Assembly: GCA_964016885.1 (NCBI GenBank)
Contig: OZ024764.1
Location: 14,508,001-14,572,000 of the forward strand
Reading direction: 5' to 3'
Source: Eledone cirrhosa
Lineage: Eukaryota
Length of the DNA: 64,000 bases
Under the pieces are notes generated by a model. It was given only the letters and a program-made list of their open reading frames with translations. It was not told the DNA's origin and did not search any database. Positions 1 to 11,057 of the stretch are shown here, one piece after another; position 1 is the first letter of the stretch, and every line of letters begins with the position of its first letter. Position numbers and translations under genes: made by a program.

Positions 1-228
1 ATCTCACATAACATTTACATTACTCTATATATACTATTGTATTTTCACAGTAAAGGCTTTACCACACATAATTTTCCCACATAATATCGAATCTATGAGA
101 TTTTGATATTATTTAGTTTAAGAACAATACATTAACATCAGTATGAGTGGCCAGTTATCACCAGTTTGAACAGAAAGAGCTGAGAGAATTCTGACCAGAT
201 ATGGCCGGTTTAAATACTAAAGGGTTAA
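1..228. mobile_element. End of piggyBac-type MITE
   Basis: Ends ...taaatactaaaggg-TTAA; same family as 56645-56861. Confidence 0.7.
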
Positions 229-1025
229 GGCGGGTTTTGGTCCTTGGAATTAATAAACCTGATGGAAAAAGGATTATGTGTACCCCTCCCTCACTCCAAA
301 AATAAATATATATATATATTTATTGCATCCTTCTAAATCCTTTTCTTCTACTTTTACAAAAGCGACAAAAATAATAAAACCCTTCATTTTTCTGCATGAC
401 TTTATTGTGCATTTGTTTTACTAAAAAAAAGGGGTCCACTTGTTTTTTTAACTAATAAAAAAAATATGGATGACATTTTGTTTTGTTATAAAATAGGGTT
501 CAGTTTATCACACTAAATAATATGGTTCAGTTTTTCATACTAAAATAGGGTCCACATTTTGTTTTACTAAAAAAATGGGTCCATGTTTTTTTTACTAAAA
601 AAAAAAAAAAAAATAGGGATCATATTTTTTACTAAAACAAAAACAAATAGGGCCCATATTTTATTTTTCAGAAATAGGGATAACATCTTTTATTAAAAAA
701 GAAAAGGAAAAATAAGGACTGCCTTGTTTTACTAAAATCAAATAAGGACATTTTTGTTTTACTGAAATAAGGTTTACATTTTAAAACCCTGTAAAAATGA
801 TTCTAACTGCTTCTACTTCATTTGGTGTCTGCTTGGTCCTGTTCACTAGCGAGCCCATAGCCTAATCCCTATTTTTTGTATTAATGATGCTACTAAAGAC
901 TGATTTATAACATATATTGTTAAATGTCTTTATATATATATATATATATTTGTATGTATGTATATATGTGTGTATGTATACATGTATGCGTGTATGTATA
1001 TATGTATGTATATGGTCAAAAGGTG

Positions 1026-1175
1026 AAGGCGCATGGCTTAGTGGTTAAAGCATTGGGCTTGCAATCGAAAGGTTGTGAGTTCAATTCTCGGACCGGGTGA
1101 TGTGTTGTTTCCTTGAGCAAGACACTTTATTTCACGTTGCTCCAGTTTACTCAACTGTAGAAATGAGTACCGGTC
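1026..1175 (+). mobile_element. tRNA-headed SINE family A, 5' part
   Basis: A-box tggcttagtggtt, B-box-like gtgagttcaattc; homologous to 17570-17908. Confidence 0.75.
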
Positions 1176-1309
1176 TGCCCGGCCAGCCAGTGGGATGGTG
1201 TTATCTTATGGCTAAAACAGCACGATGTGCTGTGACCAGTGGCGCCGATTGGCGCCCGACAGACTGGTCGGTCAAGGTGATCAAGGTGATGTGGTCAAAA
1301 GCTGAAGGT

Positions 1310-1603
1310 TGCTGACAAGATTTGTATATTTGGGAAGTGGTCTGCTCTCTGGATGCAGAAGTTAGTCTGTGTGCTACCAAAGCGAGTGAGTCATATTGAA
1401 GGCTCAGTGACCGTCTGTGGTGCAGGTGAGGAATCACTATGAAGACCAAGGTGAGGGTGTATGCTGCATGTGTACTGTCAGCATTGCTGTATATGTGCGA
1501 GACATGGGTTGCCTACAAACGGCATATCAAAAGACTGGAACGATTTCACCAGCAGTGTCTCAGAAAGATGGTCGCTATCAAGTGGCAGATACATGTCAGT
1601 GAT
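1310..1603 (+). mobile_element. RTE-clade LINE reverse transcriptase C-terminal fragment
   Basis: TKVRVYAACVLSALLYMCETWVAYKRHIKRLERFHQQCLRKMVAIKW motif. Confidence 0.8.
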
Positions 1604-1614
1604 ATATATGTGTA

Positions 1615-1670
<56 letters not shown>

Positions 1671-1673
<3 letters not shown>

Positions 1674-2412
1674 ATATGTTGAGAAGGTAACACACCAGAG
1701 AGAGATATATAGTGCGTTATCCATAATACAAGGAAAAAACCACCAGTGTATGGAATCTATAACCTATGAAAGGCAGACTATAGACACGATAATTAAAAGG
1801 ATCTCTTCCCCTTTGAGCACATTATTTACAGGGAATAACGACGGCGTATGCCTCCGTTAATTTATCGTGATATTTCGCTCCTAACAACAGCCTTTCCTAT
1901 CTCTGTTTGGTTGAGCACTCTTCTCTGAGTGGCTTTGGGCTGCCCTTTCTAGCAGTTCGTCTCTCAGAGGCCACTGGTTCACTGCCCTTAAACACGCTGT
2001 GACTTCTCTCTCCCACGTGTAGCTGGACAGTCAATTGTAAAATTCTCTTAGTGTTGTCTGAAATGTATGGCCTTACACACGCTGATGAACCGAGACTAGA
2101 CCATTTCTTTCAACAAAATTTTTTGGTGAAACATATCTCTGGATGTGTACGTGTGTTATATAGTTATAGAGGTATTTATTTACGCTTTAATTTATATTTT
2201 TAATTATCGTGTCTATAGTCTGCCTTTCATAGGTTATAGATTCCATACACTGGTGGTTTTTTTCCCTGTATTATGGATAACGCACTATATATCTCTCTCT
2301 GGTGTGTTACCTTCTCAACATATTATATTTTAAAGGGCTCAGGATCTCTTCCCCTTTGAGCACATTATTTACAGGGAATAACGACGGCCTATGCCTCCGT
2401 TAATTTATCGTG

Positions 2413-2418
<6 letters not shown>
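1671..2418 (+). mobile_element. Non-autonomous Penelope-like/retrozyme element with hammerhead
   Basis: Inverted arms 1671-1798 and 2198-2328; direct repeat 1798-1873 and 2341-2416 (period 543); (TA)n on both sides; short related copy at about 10085-10185. Confidence 0.72.
2075..2156 (+). ncRNA. Type I hammerhead ribozyme with full stem III
   Basis: acacacg-CTGATGA-accgaga...ttttggt-GAAA-catatc(tctg)gatgtg-TA-cgtgtgt; stem I 7 bp; GUA site, cleavage after 2149. Confidence 0.88.
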
Positions 2419-2444
<26 letters not shown>

Positions 2445-2559
2445 GTGAAAAGATAACAAGGATGATTGGTTACTCCTCCATTACATTTATTGGTTGGTGA
2501 ACCTAAACATTGAGTGCTCACCCGGGTGAACCTACAGTAACTCCAAGTTACACTCCCTG

Positions 2560-2605
<46 letters not shown>

Positions 2606-2691
2606 TCAGCTGATTTTGACTATATATATATGTGTATATATGGTTCTTTCTCTGTCTATATATATATACATATATCAGCTACTTTTGACTA

Positions 2692-2735
<44 letters not shown>

Positions 2736-2805
2736 TATATTTTATAGAAGGAACTTCTACAGGACTAGTACTGTTTCATTCAGATGAAATCTTCAGGAAG
2801 CCCCT

Positions 2806-2858
2806 GAGCTTCCTGAAGATTTCATCTGAATGAAACAGTACTAGTCCTGTAGAAGTTC
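2806..2858 (+). ncRNA. Type I hammerhead ribozyme, family B (mirror copy on - strand at about 2748-2804)
   Basis: gagcttc-CTGAAGA-tttc(atct)gaat-GAAA-cag(tactagtc)ctg-TA-gaagttc. Confidence 0.8.
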
Positions 2859-2939
2859 CTTCTATAAAATAAAAAAATTTTACTCTGCCATGTATTGAGT
2901 ACCTTACTGTGGTTATCCCCGACTCAACCCGGGACCTAC

Positions 2940-2977
<38 letters not shown>

Positions 2978-3037
2978 CCAAGGCTCTGATACCATCAACA
3001 CTATACACACAGAGCTGGCATATCTAAGAACTGACTA

Positions 3038-3093
3038 ACTGCCTGATGAGGTCATAGCCATTCAATGGCTATCATCGAAATATATATAGCAGT
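3038..3093 (+). ncRNA. Minimal hammerhead ribozyme, family C
   Basis: actgc-CTGATGA-ggtcatagcca(ttcaa)tggctatcatc-GAAA-tatata-TA-gcagt; palindromic short stem III. Confidence 0.85.
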
Positions 3094-3131
3094 AAATAAA
3101 GAATTATGAGTTCATGCAATTGACATGTTTC

Positions 3132-3209
<78 letters not shown>

Positions 3210-3339
3210 GTGAGGTTTTTTTACAAAATGAAAAAAAAACGAGGTGTCCTACACGAGTGAAAGTATAAGGAAAAAAAGATGAAATCGAAAATGCAACTGG
3301 AGTCTTTTTTTTTTTTTTTTAAATATATTTATTTGGTTC

Positions 3340-3375
3340 CTTTACCGGTTTCGCAGTTCTTGTGCTTTTCAAAAG
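3340..3375 (-). ncRNA. Minimal hammerhead, U3-A8 core variant (mutated mirror copy on + strand at 3423-3459)
   Basis: Reverse strand: ctt-TTGAAAA-gca(caagaac)tgc-GAAA-ccgg-TA-aag. Confidence 0.7.
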
Positions 3376-3621
3376 TAGAATTAAGATGGAGGGTTTGTGG
3401 TTTTTCTCGCATCTCAATTTTACTTTTGAAAAACACAAGAACTGCGAAACCGCTAAAGGAACCAAATAAATATATTTAAAAAAAAAAAAGACTCCAGTTG
3501 CATTTTCGATTTCATCTTTTTTCCTTATATATATATATAGAAGTGGTTACACAACAGTTAGTTCACCATACCGAGAACAATTGTTTCACCTTAGCGGATC
3601 CTCAACTCGTAATGGACCATT

Positions 3622-3661
3622 CTGAGCTGAAGATCTGCTAAGGTGAAACAATTGTTCTCGG
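3622..3661 (+). ncRNA. Minimal hammerhead ribozyme
   Basis: ctgag-CTGAAGA-tct(gcta)aggt-GAAA-caattg-TT-ctcgg; the mirror arm has a TTGAGGA core. Confidence 0.72.
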
Positions 3662-4685
3662 TATGGTGAACTAACTGTTGTGTAACCACTTCTACCTAAC
3701 TCGTCCCATGGACTACAGATATTACCCTCCAGTGCTCTCCCACTATATATATAGTGGTAGAGCACTGGAAGGTAATATCTATATATGTGTGTGTGTGCAT
3801 ATATATGTGTGTGTATGCATATATATATATATGTGTGTGTGTGTATGTGGTTCAAACCCCCCCCCCCCGTATGGGGTACATGTAGCCTCTAACATACCTA
3901 GATTATTCTTTTGTATATTAGACTTCTTGAGACTACTCCCTTATCCCTGCTGCTTCTACCTGGGGCCTATGATTGCTGCTTAAAACTGTTCTTAAGATAT
4001 CTGCTTATAACTGCTTTCTTTATGCTTGTTTTGCTTATGACTCTCCCATGTCTGTTGCTTATGATTCTTGTTTATGACTGCTCCTAAGACTCCTGCTTAT
4101 GATCACTTTCTTTATTCCTGCTGCTTAAAACTGCTTCTCTTATGCCACATCCTTATGACAACTCTTTTATGCCACATCCTTATGACAACTCTTTTATGCC
4201 ACATCCTTATGACAACTCTTTTATGCCACATCCTTATGACAACTCTTTTATGCCTCATGCTTATGACCAGTTTTTCTCATTGTGATTGCTGTTTATGATC
4301 CGGTTATGACCACCATTTATGATTGTTGTTTATGACTCCTCTTTATGATCTATGTCTATTTATGACTTATACATGACTATTATTTATAACAGTGTGTTGT
4401 AGTTTGCTTAAAACATTGTGTTAGTGTATAAAGTAGTTATTTGAAGGCTACAACACTACATAATGGATGGTAGACTTCGGAATAAATTGAAGGCAAAAAA
4501 GATGTTGGTGTGTTACTTGTAATTTTATTTACCTGTCCTAATATTTTGAGTCTAAAAACCCTTCATCAGAAGACTATAATGAGAAACTGGCTCACAGTTC
4601 GTAGCCCTCAAATACCAAAATACTTCATACACTAATACAATTCTACAAGCAAACTACAACATTCTCTTCTATCATCATCATTTAA

Positions 4686-5295
4686 CCCTTTAGTATTTAC
4701 ATTACTTTATATATACTAAGGGCAGTGGATTGGCAGTATCGGTAGAGGGTCGGATGCCATGCTTTGCAACAAAGAGTTACGGTCCTTTATGATCTGAGGT
4801 TAACTTTGCCTTTAATCCTTACGGGGTGGATAAAATAAAGTACCAGTAATACACTAGGATAATTGCTGGCCTTGTGCCAAAAGTAGAAACAATTACTCTA
4901 TATATACTATTGTATTTTCATAGTAAAGGCTTTACCTCACATAATACCTCACATAATATTTACATTACTCTATATATACTATTGTATTTTCACAGTAAAG
5001 GCTTTACCTCACATAAAATCTCACATAACATTTACATTACTCTATATATACTATTGTATTTTCACAGTAAAGGCTTTACCTCACATAATATCTCACATAA
5101 CATTTACATTACTCTATATATACTATTGTATTTTCATAGTAAAGGCTTTACCTCACATAATATTGAATCTGAGATTTTGATATTTATTTTGAGAGCAATA
5201 CCTTAACAGAAGTATGAGTAGCCAGTTACAGCCTGTTTGAACAGAAAGAAGTGAGAGAATTGTGACTGGATATGGCCAGTTTAAATGCTAAAGGA
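4686..5295. mobile_element. piggyBac-type MITE with nested SINE B (4719-4893) and 72-bp internal tandem repeats
   Basis: TTAA-ccctttag ... ctaaagga-TTAA; SINE flanked by a near-identical duplication attact(t/c)tatatatacta. Confidence 0.7.
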
Positions 5296-5879
5296 TTAAT
5301 GTTTGCTTTCCCTACTAGCTAGGGTTCGATGTGTCTACATAGACCAAGTCAGTACTGAAGTGGGGGTTACTGACATCTCAGACAGGCTAGCCATTTAAAG
5401 AAAAATGGCAAGATTCTAACAACAAAAACACAAACTCCAAGTCAGTTTTCCATTACAGTCTTCGGATGAAGGGATTTTAGACCCAAAATATTAGGAGAGG
5501 TAATTATAATAACAGGTAGCACACACACCATCTCTGTTCCCTTCAATTTATTTCAAAGTCAACTGTCCATCTTGAATTGTTGTAGCCTTCATACAATATA
5601 AGGTTTTATATTATTTATAACTTGTTGTTTGAATTGTTTATGACCAATATTTATGACTGTTGTTTGTGACTTGTTTATGACTATTGTTTTTATATACAAC
5701 TGCCATTTATGACTGACTTATGACTTGCTTATGATTATTGTTTTCCTTATATATGACTACCATTCGTGACTGCTATTATGACCACCTCCTGTGACTGCTA
5801 TTATGACCACCACTTGTGACTGCTACTATGACCACCACTTGTGATTGCTTCTATGACCATTGTTCTTCCATCTTCACAG

Positions 5880-5937
5880 CTTGAAGAATTAAAAGAAAGT
5901 GAAACAAAGAAACAGAAAATGCAAGAAACAATAAATG
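5880..5937 (+). CDS. CLIP1: CLIP1/CLIP-170-like coiled-coil gene, internal exon A (LEELKESETKKQKMQETIN)
   Basis: Acceptor ttcttccatcttcacag, donor gtacgt; 58 nt, phase 0 to 1, matching the next exon. Confidence 0.75.
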
Positions 5938-6074
5938 GTACGTAATGATCTATTGATATCTCTTCTATTGATTGATTTCTTGAATTGATCTGTGTTGTGT
6001 TGTATTGATTGATTTTTTTTTTTTTGTAGAAGTGTAGCCCTGCCTAATTCCTCAACCCCTCCATAATACAACAC

Positions 6075-6757
6075 TGTAGCCCTACACTACACCACACTGT
6101 ATCTACACTACACCACACCATACCACACTGCACCACACCACACCGCACTACACCACAACACACTACACTGCGCTACAACATAATACACTACACCACGCCA
6201 CGCCACGCCACACAGCACCCTTACACTACACTACACTACACACTACACTACACTGCACCACACCACATGCCACCACAACACACTACACTACAACACAACG
6301 CACCACACCACACTACACTGCACCATGCCACCACACCACACTACGCCACACCACACCCTTACACTACACTACACTGCACCACACCACATGCCACCACAAC
6401 ACACTACACTACACTACAACACAACGCACCACACCACACTACACTGCACCATGCCACCACACCACACTACGCCACACCACACCCTTACACTACACTACAC
6501 TGCACCACACCACATGCCACCACAACACACTACACTACACTACAACACAACGCACCACACCACACTACACTGCACCATGCCACCACACCACACTACGCCA
6601 CACCACACCCTTACACTACACTGCACCACACCACATGCCACCACAACACACTACACTACACTACAACACAACGCACCACACCACACTACACTGCACCATG
6701 CCACCACACCACACCACACTACGCCACACCACACCCTTACACTACACTACACCACAG
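6075..6757. repeat. CAC/CTACA-rich compound tandem repeat
   Basis: Direct inspection; higher-order unit of about 125 bp. Confidence 0.9.
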
Positions 6758-6788
6758 TAAATATATGATATCCTATCATATTTTACAG

Positions 6789-6872
6789 AATTGACCAGTC
6801 AACTTGACAAAAGTACCACAGCCAGTGAATCTATTAATTCTGAAATGAAGATTCTCCGTGGTTCTGTGTCTG
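6789..6872 (+). CDS. CLIP1: CLIP1-like exon B (ELTSQLDKSTTASESINSEMKILRGSVS)
   Basis: Acceptor ttttacag, donor gtaaga; 84 nt, phase 1 to 1. Confidence 0.8.
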
Positions 6873-7214
6873 GTAAGAATTCAGTCTTCCTTCCTTGCTT
6901 CTGTCCTTCCAATCTTACAGGGTGCTCTGGTCCGGTCCCATCATAGTATTGTGTGAACACCCCCATAACAGCTAAGATTCTTTGAATGCCACCATAGTGA
7001 GAGTAATGTCTAATATGAACCAGGACCAAGGACCATTTGATTTGAGCATGTAGACAATTTTGATCTTGCATTGCAACAGAAGGTGGCTTTATTGAATAGA
7101 ATTATAAAAAAGATGATTTACTTTTCTACGTATAGCATTTTTTCAATAATTAAGTTAATATCTGCTATTATCTGCTTTTCTATAAGCATAAATCTGTCCT
7201 CAAATACCTTACAC

Positions 7215-8358
7215 ACCTTGTTGGTACCACAACATCCAGTCCGAAACAAATGAGGTCGTGTAGGTGTCACGACGACAAAAAAAACACACAGTCCACGCTG
7301 TAATGTGGCCGTGTAGGTAACACGGTAAAAACCTCCCAGTCCACACTGTAAACGTGGTTGGTGTTGGGAAGGGCACCCAGCCGTAGAAAACCCGCCAGAC
7401 GTGTAGGTGTCACGACGACAAAAAAAACACACAGTCCACGCTGTAATGTGGCCGTGTAGGTAACACGGTAAAAACCTCCCAGACCCACACTGTAAACGTG
7501 GTTGGTGTTGGGAAGGGCACCCAGCCGTAGAAAACCCACCAGACGTGTAGGTGTCACGACGACAAAAAAACACACAGTCCACGCTGTAATGTGGCCGTGT
7601 AGGTAACACGGTAAAAACCTCCCAGTCCACACTGTAAACGTGGTTGGTGTTGGGAAGGGCACCCAGCCGTAGAAAACCCACCAGACGTGTAGGTGTCACG
7701 ACGACAAAAAAACACACAGTCCACGCTGTAATGTGGCCGTGTAGGTAACACGGTAAAAACCTCCCAGTCCACACTGTAAACGTGGTTGGTGTTGGGAAGG
7801 GCACCCAGCCGTAGAAAACCCACCAGACGTATAGGTGTCACGACGACAAAAAAAACACACAGTCCACGCTGTAATGTGGCCGTGTAGGTAACACGGTAAA
7901 AACCTCCCAGTCCACACTGTAAACGTGGTTGGTGTTGGGAAGGGCACCCAGCCGTAGAAAACCCACCAGACGTGTAGGTGTCACGACGACAAAAAAACAC
8001 ACAGTCCACGCTGTAATGTGGCCGTGTAGGTAACACGGTAAAAACCTCCCAGTCCACACTGTAAACGTGGTTGGTGTTGGGAAGGGCACCCAGCCGTAGA
8101 AAACCCGCCAGACGTGTAGGTGTCACGACGACAAAAAAAACACACAGTCCACGCTGTAATGTGGCCGTGTAGGTAACACGGTAAAAACCTCCCAGTCCAC
8201 ACTGTAAATGTGGTTGGTGTTGGGAAGGGCACCCAGCCGTAGAAAACCCTCCAGACAGTCCTATATGAGCAAGACAACCACTCTTGCCTCAAGTGGGAAA
8301 ACTCCTGTCCAAACCCATGCTAGCGTGGAAGATGGACGTTAAACGATGATGATGATGA
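7215..8358 (+). mobile_element. Non-autonomous retroposon family C with internal 142-143 bp unit repeated about 7 times
   Basis: Units start about 7258, 7401, 7544, 7686, 7828, 7971, 8113; tail ...ggacgttaaacg(atg)n. Confidence 0.8.
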
Positions 8359-8407
8359 CCCTGTATATACAGATATATATATATATGTGTGTGTGTATAT
8401 ATATATA

Positions 8408-8451
<44 letters not shown>

Positions 8452-8676
8452 CCTGAGTCCTGTACTTTCGTTGCTGTGGTGATGTGGCTGGTCTGCCGAT
8501 CGCTATATTTGATTTGCTAAGCTGTCTAAACGTATTGTTATTACTCTGGGGTACTTTTCCCCATCCGAGTGCTAAAGCTACAGACCGAATTTGCATTTGT
8601 TAGCTTCGCCGCAAACTAAAGCTTCGTTAATGCTGTACTAAAATTTATATATATATATATTTGTGTGTGTATATAT

Positions 8677-9015
8677 ATCATCATCATCATCATTTTACGT
8701 CCACTTTTCCCTGCTTGCAAGGGTGGGACGGGAACTGATTCTGGCTTGATTTCTACAGCTGGATGCCCTTCCTAACACCAACCTCATTTACAATGAGTGC
8801 TGGGTGCTTTTTTGCCGTGGCACCTCCACAACCACTTTGCAGTGGAATGATAGGGACTCCAGTCCCTATCATCTCATTTCTACAGCTGAGTAAACTGGAG
8901 CAATGTGAAATAAAGTGTCTTGCTCAAGGAAACAACACATCACCCGGTCTGAGATTTGAACTCACAACCTTTTGATTGCAAGGCCAATGCTCTAACCACT
9001 AAGCCATGTGCCTCC
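8677..9015 (-). mobile_element. SINE family A, full length
   Basis: Reverse complement of 17570-17908. Confidence 0.85.
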
Positions 9016-9046
9016 ATATATATATGTATATATATACATACATATA

Positions 9047-9554
9047 CAGGGTGATTGAAAAGTAACTCCCTATTGAATGCCGAAAGGAACTTCACCATTC
9101 TGTAACATGAAATCTGGCCAGTTACTAGTACTTGGGAGAATATTGAAGATTTGATTTTGCTATTGTTGTTCATGAATGGCTGAATGCCAACTTCCCTGGG
9201 AGATGTATGGGTTGTCATCCGCATGAGTGGCCAGCCAGAAGCCCTTACTTAACACCCTGTGATTTTTTTCTTTTGGGTTGGTTAAAGGAGGATGTTTACT
9301 CTACCGAACCAACGAATTTGGAAGAACTTGAAGGGCGAATATGTTTTCCACCCCACAAGAGTTCCTGTTGAAATCAGTTGATGCGGTTGCCAGGCAGCTT
9401 GTGAAGCTGGTGGTGAATATTGGTGCCCATATCGAATTTTGAATAAAATTCCATGCTTTATGCTTTCTTCTCATATTCATTTCTTGTAAAAATTATAGTT
9501 AAGAAATAAATTATAAGAATTTTTAAAATAGGGAGTTACTTTTCAATCACCGTG
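9047..9554 (+). mobile_element. Internally deleted Tc1/mariner transposon
   Basis: TA-cagggtgattgaaaagtaactccctatt and aatagggagttacttttcaatcaccgtg-TA TIRs; residual WPARSPYLTPCDFFLLGWLKEDVY motif. Confidence 0.88.
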
Positions 9555-9622
9555 TATATAATGTTTAATATAGAAATGGCTTCTACAGGATTAGAACTGT
9601 TTCATTTGAAGGAAATCATCAG

Positions 9623-9674
9623 GGCTTTCCTGATGATTTCTCCCGAATGAAACAGTTCTAGTCCTGTAGAAGCC
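9623..9674 (+). ncRNA. Hammerhead ribozyme, family B (palindromic element 9565-9760)
   Basis: ggctttc-CTGATGA-tttc(tccc)gaat-GAAA-cag(ttctagtc)ctg-TA-gaagcc. Confidence 0.75.
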
Positions 9675-10928
9675 ATTTCTTTGTTAGACATTGTATATAC
9701 TCTACTATGTATTGAGTACCTTACTTACTGTGGTTACCCCTGATTGAACCTGTGATGCCTATATATATATATATATATGTATATTTGCTTAGTGGTTAGA
9801 GGCTTGGGTTTGCAATTGTGAGGTTGTGAGTTTGATTCCTGGACGGGTGATGCATTGTGTCCTTGAGCAAGACACTTTATTTCACGTTGCGCCAGTTTAC
9901 TCAGCTGTAGAAATGAGTTACGATGTCACTGGTACCAAGCTGTATCAGCCTTGGACATCATCATATATAGTAAGTATATAGTTTCTATCTAGTGAATATC
10001 TAATGTGTATGTAGTTTATATAGTGTGTATTTAATGTGCATATATTGTGTGTATATAATGTATATATAGTGTATATATAATACAATATGTTGAGAAGGTA
10101 ACACACCAGAGAGAGATATATAGTGCGTTATCAATAATACAGGGAAAAAAAACGAGGGCCTATGCTTCCGTTAATTTATCGTGTATATATAATATATATA
10201 TTAGCCATGATGTCGCATGCGCTAAGCTGCATTGGCTATTGCCTTGCCCTTGGACAACATTGGTTGCATGGAGAGGGGAGATTGGTATGCATGAGTTATT
10301 GTTGGTCCTCCACAAACAACCGTGCTCGGACTTGTGCCTCAGAAGAGAGCTTTCTTGGTTCAAATTCCATGGCATCCTTGACCAAAAGGGTTCTTTACTC
10401 TTTACCCTTTTATATATATATATATATATATAGTTTACTCAGCTGTAGAAATGAGATGATAGGGACTGGGGTCCATATCATTCCATTGTAAAGTGGTCGT
10501 GGAGGTGCCACGGCAAAAAAGCACCCAGCACTCACTGTAAATGAGGTTGGTGTTAGGAAGGGCATCCAGTTGTAGAAATCAAGCCAGAATCAGTTCCCGT
10601 CCCACCCTTGCAAGGAGGGAAAAAGCGAACGTAAAATGAAATGATGATGAAATGATAGCTATTTTTTCTCTGACCCCCCCCCCCCCACAGCATGCTACCA
10701 ACAGCTCGTCTCCTCCTCTATCCTACTGCCATTTATCTTATAGTAGTCACCTCTCATACACCCACCATCTACTTCCTCCCTAAGATATATAAATCCGATA
10801 ATCCTGGCCACCCTATCATTTGGCAACCTCACCAGACATGTTTCTTCTGAAAGAAATGTTTTTTTTTTTTCATTTCTACCCCTGTCCACTCTCCTCTATC
10901 TTTTTATTTCTTCTTTTATTTATCACTA

Positions 10929-10965
10929 TTTTCTGATGAGGGTCTAGCATCCGAAACATTAAGAC
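10929..10965 (+). ncRNA. Degenerate minimal hammerhead
   Basis: ttt-CTGATGA-gggt(ctagc)atcc-GAAA-cat-TA-aga; weak stems I and III. Confidence 0.5.
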
Positions 10966-11057
10966 TCTTTTCCTACTATACCAAGCGTAAAACTAATAAT
11001 ATATTTCTTCATTGTACTGTGATATTTACTTTGTTATTTCTGTTTGCCTTTTGTGTA

